Below, one piece after another: positions 53,141-62,100 of a DNA stretch of 64,000 nucleotides (positions within the stretch are counted from its first letter, which is position 1; each line of letters starts with the position of its first letter). A program made the translations under genes and the position numbers. The DNA lies in the NCBI GenBank assembly GCA_963750165.1, contig CAVVPN010000011.1:1440001-1504000 (forward strand), given 5' to 3'. The notes under the pieces were generated by a model. That model saw only the letters and a list, made by a program, of their open reading frames with translations, searched no databases and was not told the origin of the DNA. This stretch comes from an uncultured Gemmataceae bacterium. Lineage in GTDB: Bacteria > Planctomycetota > Planctomycetia > Gemmatales > Gemmataceae.

Positions 53141-53554
53141 ATGAAGCGGACAGCGTGGCTGGCGGTGGCGGCGATGGCGGCGACGGCCTGGGCGGTGACG
53201 GCCCAGGGCGCCGGCTCGGGCGACCTGGCCAGGCTCAAGGGCGCCTGGGAGGTGACCTCCCTCACCTTCGGCGGCAAGAAGATTGAGCTGCCGGCCAAGA
53301 CGAAGTTCACCTTCGATGGCGAGAAGGTCCGCTTCGAGAGCGGTAACGAGAAGAAGGAAGGCACGATCAAGCTGGACGAGAACAAGAAGCCGAAACAATT
53401 CACGATCTCGGAGAACGGGAAGGTGCAGATGAGTGGTATCTACCAGCTCGACGGCGACACCCTGAAAATGGCCGGCGGCAACCCTTCGAAAGTCCCCAGT
53501 GGCTTCGACGACGACAAGGCGGGCCTGTTCACGCTGAAGCGCATCAAGAAGTAA
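53141..53554 (+). CDS. TIGR03067 domain protein 4
   Basis: LKGAW, KLDENKKP, GIYQLDGDTLK. Confidence 0.85.
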   Translation: MKRTAWLAVAAMAATAWAVTAQGAGSGDLARLKGAWEVTSLTFGGKKIELPAKTKFTFDGEKVRFESGNEKKEGTIKLDENKKPKQFTISENGKVQMSGIYQLDGDTLKMAGGNPSKVPSGFDDDKAGLFTLKRIKK

Positions 53555-53647
53555 GCCCCGGCGCAACCGGCGGTCCTGCTTCGGCAAACGTCATCCTCCT
53601 GACGCTGAAGAAGCACAAGGCGGAGAAGAAGTAGCTGCGGGCTCGGC

Positions 53648-53701
53648 AACAAGCACGGCCGCGGTGCGGAAAAAACGTCCTGCACCGCGGCCGTGCTTGT
53701 T
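53648..53701. terminator. 20-bp-arm hairpin between convergent genes
   Basis: AACAAGCACGGCCGCGGTGC ... GCACCGCGGCCGTGCTTGTT. Confidence 0.7.
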
Positions 53702-53720
53702 TCGAGGCGAACGCACCGGC

Positions 53721-53939
53721 TCAGACGACCGATTCGGGCAGGGCGTCGAGCGGCAGCGGCACCACGTCGTCGCCGACGACACGGGCACGCCAGGTCTGGT
53801 TGCAGGATGGGCACTCGAAGGTGGCGACGTTGGTGGTTGGCGTCAGCGAACGCCAGGAGTCAGTGTCGCGGGACGGCAGCAGACTTCCGAACCAGTTACA
53901 GCCGAAGTGCGGGCAGTGAACCAGGTAGCTCGTCAGCAT
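53721..53939 (-). CDS. Small Zn-finger protein
   Basis: GGAGG RBS; CPHFGC...W and FECPSC. Confidence 0.75.
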   Translation of the reverse strand: MLTSYLVHCPHFGCNWFGSLLPSRDTDSWRSLTPTTNVATFECPSCNQTWRARVVGDDVVPLPLDALPESVV

Positions 53940-54311
53940 GACGCACCTCCGTGAAGGGAGAGGAAACGACGATAGGTGAAAGAAATCCTAACAGGGCTCA
54001 GCGGGGTTCACAACTGAAATTTTGGGAAAATTAGAACGGCAGGCTACGCTTCTGATCGTTTGTTCAACCAACGTCGTCGGAAAACAAGGCGGTAGGAGAG
54101 TTTGGGCGGTGAGTCGGTAATGTTGCCAAGTTGACGCAATGCAAGCAGCCACAATGAGAAGGCGCTTCGGCGCCGAAAAGCCGGCGCAGCATCAATCCGC
54201 AGAAAAACCTGGAGATCTGAAGGCTGGCAACATTACCGACCCACCACCGACGACTGAAGAGATCAAAGCATAAGCCCTGACGTAACTCGTTGTTATGTCA
54301 GGGCTATTGAG

Positions 54312-54353
54312 TGCCCCCTGTAGGACTCGAACCTACAACCCGCTGATTAAGAG
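54312..54353 (-). tRNA. 3' half of tRNA-Lys(CTT), an att-site remnant rather than a full tRNA
   Basis: CTCTTAA loop, TCAGC, GTAGG-TTCGAGT-CCTAC T-arm, AGGGGGCA; no D-arm or 5' acceptor strand. Confidence 0.85.
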
Positions 54354-54484
54354 GCACAACAGCCCTGTCCATTGCTGGACCTGCAACCCTTGATCTACTA
54401 AGAGTTTACAGGATTGCCCATCGTTTGCAAGCGTGTGCGGACGCTTTCTTCCGCATGCGAAAAACACTGGAAATTCCGCGGTTT

Positions 54485-54524
54485 GCGGAAGTGCTGCGGA
54501 AGAAGCGCGGAAGACTTGCGGAAG
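54485..54524. repeat. GCGGAAG x4 at an exact 11-bp period (putative integrase arm sites)
   Basis: Copies at 54485, 54496, 54507 and 54518. Confidence 0.7.
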
Positions 54525-54534
54525 CACCTGGGGT

Positions 54535-54780
54535 TTAACAGGCCCTCATCGCGGAGAGCACAACTCGCAGGAACGCCGCCGCCTTTCCGTGGACGCCCGG
54601 GGCGCCGCTCGCGCGCGGCCCGGCGACGTTCAGCACCGATGCGGCGGTAGCCTTGAGCCAGTCCACTACGGCGGTGGCGTCCGGCTCGTCGCCCAGGTCC
54701 ATCACCAGGTACGGCTTGCTCAGCCGGCGGCACACCTCGACCGTCAACTTCGTGCCGCCGGTCGGTGAGCCGGCACTCAA
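54535..54780 (-). pseudogene. C-terminal fragment of a putative molybdenum carrier / cpYpsA SLOG protein
   Basis: GGTKLT...KPYL...VLNVAGPRAS; N-terminal half absent. Confidence 0.7.
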
Positions 54781-54870
54781 CTACGAACGAGTTGAAACCT
54801 GCCTTCCCGCGATGCCACGCGGGCTGCGTAGAATACCCGCGAGCGACACGCCGCGCGGGGGGAGACCGAG

Positions 54871-55362
54871 ATGACCGGGGACCAGGCGGCCAGACTTCGT
54901 GAACACCTGCTCTACCTGCTGCAGGGCAGTGGCGCCCACCTGAACTTCGACCAGGCGATCGCCGGCCTGCCGGCCGGGCTGCGCGGCGCCAAGCCGCCGG
55001 GCGTCCCGCACACGCCGTGGCGGCTGCTGGAGCACCTGCGCATCGCCCAGTGGGACATCCTCGAGTTCACGCGCGACCCGCGCCACGTCTCGCCGCCGTG
55101 GCCGGAGGGCTACTGGCCGGCCGGCGACGCCCCGCCCGACGACGGGGCCTGGGACCGCAGCGTGGCGTCCTTCCGCGCCGACCTGCGGGCGCTGCTGGAC
55201 CTGGTGGCCGACCCGGCCACGGACTTGTTCGCGCCGCTGCCGCACGGCGCGGGGCAGACGGCCCTGCGCGAGGCGCTGCTGGCCGCCGACCACAACGCCT
55301 ACCACCTCGGCCAGCTGGTCGTGGTCCGGCGACTCCTGGGGGCATGGCAAGAAGCGGGGTAG
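54871..55362 (+). CDS. DinB-family protein
   Basis: [33 protein letters not shown]. Confidence 0.9.
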   Translation: MTGDQAARLREHLLYLLQGSGAHLNFDQAIAGLPAGLRGAKPPGVPHTPWRLLEHLRIAQWDILEFTRDPRHVSPPWPEGYWPAGDAPPDDGAWDRSVASFRADLRALLDLVADPATDLFAPLPHGAGQTALREALLAADHNAYHLGQLVVVRRLLGAWQEAG

Positions 55363-55539
55363 GAGGAACTGTGGCCGGTCACACTTCGCGCCCGGGCGGC
55401 ATCGCCCGGCAGCCGCCGCGCCGCTTCCACGGAGCAGCATTCCGGCATCTCTTCTGTCTTTCACCGGCCGTTCGATCTGGCGGTCGATGTGACCGGCGAG
55501 CGCAACAGCGCGAGCCAAACTTCATGCGGTGGGGCGGAC

Positions 55540-55639
55540 GAATGGCGCTAGCTTAAGCGAAAAACCGTCACAATGGAGAAGATGGGCAGCTACCCATTTT
55601 GCCCAGCTTCTCGTTTTCGCCCTTAAGCTAGCGCCATTC
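55540..55639. mobile_element. 100-bp IS4-like MITE with 18-bp TIRs and an 11-bp target duplication
   Basis: GAATGGCGCTAGCTTAAG / CTTAAGCTAGCGCCATTC; GTGGGGCGGAC at 55529-55539 and 55640-55650. Confidence 0.88.
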
Positions 55640-56158
55640 GTGGGGCGGACCGACGCGCGCAAGCATTTGCAGTGACATTCGCACTGCTCCGTTAGGCACG
55701 GACAAGGTGGTTCAGGTGTGATCGACGGGAAAAGCTATCCAGGTCAGCGAAGGGCGCAAGCAACCGCTGCTAGGCGCAGCGCGCCGCCGTCAACGTCAGC
55801 ACCGATTCGCTAAACCCCTTTCTACCAGTGGTATCGGGGACTCTTGTCCGTGATACCCTCCCGAAGCAGCAACCCGTACGCTAGCAGTCCGTCGCCGCTG
55901 GGTGATGGAAGCCGTGCCAACTCCGCCCCTCGAATTGATCCAGACCCGCCGCAGCGGTTGGGATGGGGGTTGAGTTTGCCACTTTGCCAGATGGTCACTT
56001 TACCCCTATCCCGTGCCCCGGCCTGGCAAACCCAGGCACCACCTCAACCGTTACACCCGGCGGCAACCGGCTCCAAACGGCCGCACACAACCAACTCGGC
56101 TGGCCGAGATCCCCGCGGCAGGCCAACCGTTTTTGTCCGACGAGGAGAACTCGTTCGG

Positions 56159-59100
56159 TCAGAGGATCTCGTTGCCGGTGTCCCCGGCATCCGGTTGTCC
56201 GTTCACGAACGCGAGGATGGCCGCATCCCGTATCTGGTCGTCCAGGAGCGTCGGCGACTCCAAAACATCCCCGAACGGGTCGGTCGAGTGTTGATCATTT
56301 ACCCGCCGACACTGCTGCTGAATCGCTGAAGTCAACAGGTGTGGGACCAATTCCGCGGCCCCCTCTCGGTCTGGCGGTTGGCTGACGGCACTGGTCGCGC
56401 CGGGCAGGCCAATCTGCGCGGGGGCGGCGTTTGCGACCTGGTCCGTGGCGGCTCCGAAGGTGACGGCGAAAGTGCCGCCCGGACTCGGTTGCTTCTGGGC
56501 CGGGCTCCCGAGGACGCCAGCGGTTGACTTCTCCGACGGGACGGCGGTTGTCCCGGCCAGGACTGAGTCCAGCCAGCGCCGGACCGCGGGCGAAATCATC
56601 GGAGTCGGTTGCTCAGGGCGGGGTAGGGGCAGTGAGAGGTTCAGGGGGAGTGGTTGAGCGGGTACCGTCCCCAAGAGGACCGACGCGAAGGGGAGGCCAG
56701 GACTCGGTGAATTTTCCGAAGCCCCCAACGCGGTCACGAAGATTGGTTTCTGTGCCGCCGGTGCGACGGGCTGTCCCTCCAACACCCCGCCTCCGACGAG
56801 GTCCGACTTCGGCGCGGCAGCGGCCGCGTCCGTCCCGTAGGGTTCGTGAAGGATGTCGGCCACATCCTCGGCGCTGGGCAGTCGCCGTACACCGACGCTC
56901 AGGGCGATCGACATCAGGTCGTGGTCGTGGTTGACATACTCCACGCCTTGCACGTGGCCCAGTTCGTGCATAACCACGGTCAACAGGTCCATTCTGCCGG
57001 CCGCGGACCCGGAGGTGGCGAGCAATTCCCCCGTCGCGCTGGCCACGAACTCCGTGTCGTCCGCCGGGGTGGGGTCAACGAACCACCCGTGGCCGGCCGC
57101 CGTGGGGTTGATAATGACGGTGCTGCCGTAGGTTTCGCCGAGGTCATCGGCATCCTGCGTGTTGGAGATCTGGAAGGTCACCCCTTGCAGTGCGGTGCTG
57201 TCACCAACCAGTTGCTCCCAGCGGTGGAGCGCCTCCGTGATAATGGGCTGCAATTGCGCGTTGGTAAGCACGGCGACGCCGGCGTCGGGGAGCGGTGGCA
57301 GTGCAGACCTTTGGTGGATGATGATGGGCTCCGTGGGGAGTTCGCAGTCGTTGAACCCGCCGGGTTCAAATTTATAGTCGTAGTCGTCGGTCTGGCCGGC
57401 AGGCACATCCTGGGCGATGCCATAGTCGGTCCCGTCTCCACCGTGGAGTTGGTCGATCCCGGGGCCGCCGTAGAGGTAATCGTCACCCGCCCCGCCGTTG
57501 AGTGTGTCGTTCCCGGGGCCGCCGTAAAGGAAGTCGGTATTGGGGCCGCCGTTGAGGGTGTCGTCGCCCCCCTCCCCGAAGATCTGGTTGGTGCCGGGGC
57601 CGCCGTCGAGTCTGTCGTTGCCGGCGCCACCGACGATGTAATCGTCGCCGTCCTGCCCGTGGAACCACACGGCATCGACGCCGGCGACCATGTAGTCGTT
57701 GCCGGCGCCGCCGAAGACCTGGATGTTGCCCACCACCCGGCCCGTGCTGAGGTCGAAGTAGTCGGGGCCGACGCCGCCGAAGGCCTGGATGTTCGTGCCG
57801 CGCACCGTCCCTTCCATGTAGATGTATGTCCCGGCGCCGCCGTCGGCGTCGTTGTAGTTCGCCTGCATCGTGATCGGGCCGCCGAACTCCAGGTCGGTCG
57901 AAACGGTGCTGCCCGGCTCGAGCACGATGCCGTCCCCGGCGTTCAACACGATCGACCCGACCAGCGAGGAAACCGTCCCACCGCCCAGGACGTACAGGTC
58001 GTCGCCGGGGTTCGGGGAGTCGTACACCGTGATCTGGATCAACCCACTGAATGACGTCGCACTCTGGATGTACAACGGGCCGGTCGTCTCGTTGATGATG
58101 ATGTTCTGCAAGGCGGAGGCGTTGAGCACGCCGAAACTCGGCGTGGCGGTGTTGACGTCGAGGGCGTTGTCGGTCGAGCCGATCGACCCTGACGGCGCCG
58201 ACAGGGTAATGCTGATGCCGTAGACGTCCGCCACCGGGTCGTCGAAGGCGTCCACGATGTTCGCGTTGGAATTCAGGGTCACGTTGCCGGCCGTGGACTC
58301 AATCAGCCCGACCCGCATGTCCCCGACCGTCTCGCTCAGGACGACGTTCCCGTTCGTGATGGCGAAGATCCGCCCCGTGCTGAGGATGTTGGTGTTGCCG
58401 GTCAGCCCGATGGTCGTACTGGAACCGCTGCGGAAGATGTCGATGTTGCTGCCCTGGATCAGCCCGAAGTTGTAGGTGGAATTGACCGCCACCGGGTTGA
58501 TGCCGAAGACGGCCGTCTCCACCACCGGCGGGGGGTCTCCCGGGCCTGGCCGGAAGTGGCTGATCACCTCGGTCAGGTGCGGCACGAGCGGTTCGCTCAC
58601 CTCGACGGCGTACCAGTTGGCTGGCAGCCCCGTTTCCCGCAGTGCCGGTTCGAGCAGGACGTTCGCCTCGCCGCCCGCACTGAGCGAGTCCACGTTGACC
58701 GTGAACGAGCTGGCCCCCAGCGTCCGCTGCAGGCCCGTCAGGTTGATGTAGGCGTCGTTGCCGGCCGCGACGTTCATGTGGGTCTGCCGCCCGCCGCTCT
58801 CCACCAGGTCCACCTGGAGCGGGTTGTTGGCGTTGCCGACGTTGCCGGACGTGGTCGTCGCGTTGAACGTGTTGGTCAGTACCACCGCCTGGGGGCCGGT
58901 CGGGAGGATGTCGCCGCTGGCGTTGCTGAGGGTGGTGGTGCCGATCGGGTTGTCGATCAGGTCGTTGAGGTAGACCGTGGAGCGGATGGTCAGGAGCTGG
59001 AAGTTGACCGGGTTGAAGATGAACAGGGGCGGCGCGGTGTCCTGGATGGTGATGAGCGTGGGGGTGAACTTCTGGCCGACGGTGAACTGGAACGGCACGT

Positions 59101-62100
59101 TCGGCACGTCAATCGTCACCTCGGGGATCGTCGTCCGGTTGACCGGGTCGATCTGGTTGATCACCAGGTCCAGGAGGGAGGCGTTGGTGATGGTGACGTT
59201 GTCGAAGTTCTCCTGGAAGCCGAAGGTCGATTGGGTGCCGGTGATCTGCGGGGTCGGCAGGCCGTTGATCCCGGCGATGGTGAAGTGCGCCGTGCCGGGG
59301 TCGGTGAAGAAGACGTTGTTGACGATGACCTGATTCGCCGTCTCGGTGTAGCTGATGTTTTGCGCCTCCGTGACCTGGCCGGAGGAGTTGATCACCAGCG
59401 TCGGGCTTGGCCCGGCGGTCAGGAACACGTCGGAGTTCCAGTCGATGTTGCGCACCGGGCTGAAGACGTCTGTGGAGTGCTCGTCGCCGACGTCGAACAG
59501 GGCGTGCGAGCGCTCGTGGCCGGGCGCGTTGTGCGTGTAGGTGCCCATGCCGGCCGACACCTGCAGGGTGTGGGTGGTGACGAGGGCGCCGGCCTCGGTG
59601 GTGATGTCCGCCGTGGTTTCGACGTCGGCGATGCCGGTGGAGTTGGTGTCGCCGCCCAGCGCCGTGCAGTCGGAGTGGGGATCGACGTTGGTGGTGATGC
59701 CGCCCGTCGTGGCCCCCATCGTCACCGTCTGGTCGCCGGTGACCTGCGCGCCGGAGCGGATGGCCACGTTGGCGTGGTCGTGCTCATCCACACGCGACAG
59801 GGCGTCACAGCTCGCCCCCAGCCCGAACGCGTTGGCCTGGGACGACGACGTGCCCTGGCTCTGGGCGAGCTGGGCCTCCAGGTCGATGCTGCCTGCGTGC
59901 AGCACGGACCCCGCACCCACCTCCGTCTGCGACAGCGCGTCGCCGGTCACGCCGATCCGCACGCCGCCCTCGTCCGTCGTCCCCCCGCCACCGTCGCCGG
60001 CGTTGGAACTGACGCCGCCGCCGCTGCCGTCCGAGTGAGCCCGGGTGCTGGCCTGGGTGCTGGTGGAGCTGTTCATCTGCAACAGGCCGCCGGCGGTGAG
60101 CTTGGCGTTGACCCCGGTGCGGGCCTTCGTGTCGTAGTTCACGTCCGAGTCGGCGCCGGCCGCGGCGGAGTCGATCACGCCGCCACCGCTGGCGTCGGCG
60201 TTGGAGTTGGTGAACTGGGTCGAGTTGGCGGTCAGGGTGATGCCGCCGCCGGCGACGATGGCCGCCCCGGCATCGACGTACGCCTGGTTGGTGTTGTTGA
60301 CGTTGGCCGCCGCGAAGGCGTTGCCGCTGCCCACGATGCCGCCGGAAGAGTTGTTGGCGTTGCCGGAGACGTTGGCGATCGAGGTCGAGGTGATGGTGAT
60401 ACTCCCGCGCGCCTGGATAGCCGGCGCGCCGCCGCCGGCGCCGACGTAGGCGGAGACCGTCGGGGTGGCGGTGGAGACGCCGCTGCCGCCGACGCCGCCG
60501 AAGAAGACGCCGCCGCCGGAGCCGGACGCGCTGGCCGTGGACTGGCCGTCGCCCGAGGGGGCATAGACCTGTGAGAGCGGCACGCCCCCAGGCCCCTCGA
60601 TGCGCTGCGGCCCGGAGGGCTGCGAGGTCAGGGCCAGGCGCAGTTCCTGGCTGCCGCCGCCCGACCCCAGGGGGATGATCCCCGGCAGCAGGAAGTTCAG
60701 GCCCGTCAGCCCGGCGGCGTTCAGGGGCAGCAGGGCGCCGTTGGGCGTGGCGGCCAGGCCAAACTCGTTGATGTTGAGCACCCGCGCGTAGTACGTCGTC
60801 CCGTTCACGAGCGGGCTGATAGGCCCGTCGTTGGCCGGCGTCAGCGTGTGCGACACCGGCAGCCCGGCCGGCCCCTGGTCGGGCGTCAGGGGCTGGGCGA
60901 TGCCGGCGTTGGCGTTGAATGCATCCGTTGCCAGCTGGATGATGTTGTCACTCAGCTTGATGACGTAGTAGACAGTCCCGGGCGTGAGACCGCCGATGGG
61001 GTGGGCCGGGTCGCTGCACTCATACCGAACCGCGTCGCCGGTCACGAAGGGGTTGGTTTCCAGGTAGATGTCGTTGGCACCGGGGGTGTTGATGAGCTGG
61101 GCGCTGTCGCCGGTGCCGTTCTGCTCGACATTTACCATGAAGCTCTTGAAGGTCTGCGTGTTGTTCGGGGCTTCGTAAACCAGCGGTTCGTTGTCCACGA
61201 GGCCGTGGAACAGGAGGTTGATGGTGTGCCCCATGCTATCGACGTTCGCCGGGGTGAACTGCAGCGGCGACGCGTTGGCGTCCGCCAGGGTCTGCGCGAG
61301 CTGGATGGTGTGGTCGTCCAGTACCCGCACGTAGTACGTCTGGCCGTTCATCAGCCCCGGGATGGGCGCGTTGCCGTCGTCCTGGTAGACGACCTGGTCG
61401 CCCGTCTTGAAGTTGTGCGGCAGCGTGGTGGTGATGGTGTTCTGCGACGGGTTCACGGCCGAGCCGTCGAACCGCGCCCCCAGGCTGAAGGTGCTGGGGT
61501 CCTGGACCAGCACGGTGTACTGCCGGCCGCTCTGCAGCCCGCCGATGCTGGGGTTGCCGTTGCTGTCGTAGACGATCTGGGCGCCGTCGGGCAGGTTGTT
61601 GTTGGGCAGCGTGATCGTGTCCGCCCCGGTGTTGACGTCCGTGGGCGGGTTGAAGGTGTCGTTGGGCGGCGTGGTCGGGTTGCCCGACTTCGCCGTGATG
61701 GACACGTCCCCGGCGGTGACGCTGGCGTTGCCGCCGACCCGCGCCTGGACCGTGGGGTGGATGGTGTCGTTGGCCCGGGACTCGCCGCTGGCGGCCGCGC
61801 CGAAGGACTTGGCCTTGGCCACGGAGTCGCCTTCGGGGCTTGCGGTGGCGGTGACCTGGACCGTGTTGGCGACCGTGGCGGTCGCGCCGTCGTTGATCGA
61901 CGCCAGGATGTCCGGCCCGACGTCCGAGTTGGCCTCCGTGGCGTCGGCACTGATGAGGCCGCCGCCTGAGCCGCTGGCCTGGGTCGTGGCCAGGTCATTG
62001 CCCACCGCGTTGATGTTCAGGGTGCCGGCCGTGACCACCGCGCCGCTGCCCAGGTACGCCTGGGTTTCCTTGCCGACGTAGGTGGTGGCGTGGACGTCAC

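Noticed and set aside
54312..54390. Complete tRNA-Lys gene
   Set aside because: The D-arm and 5' acceptor strand are missing
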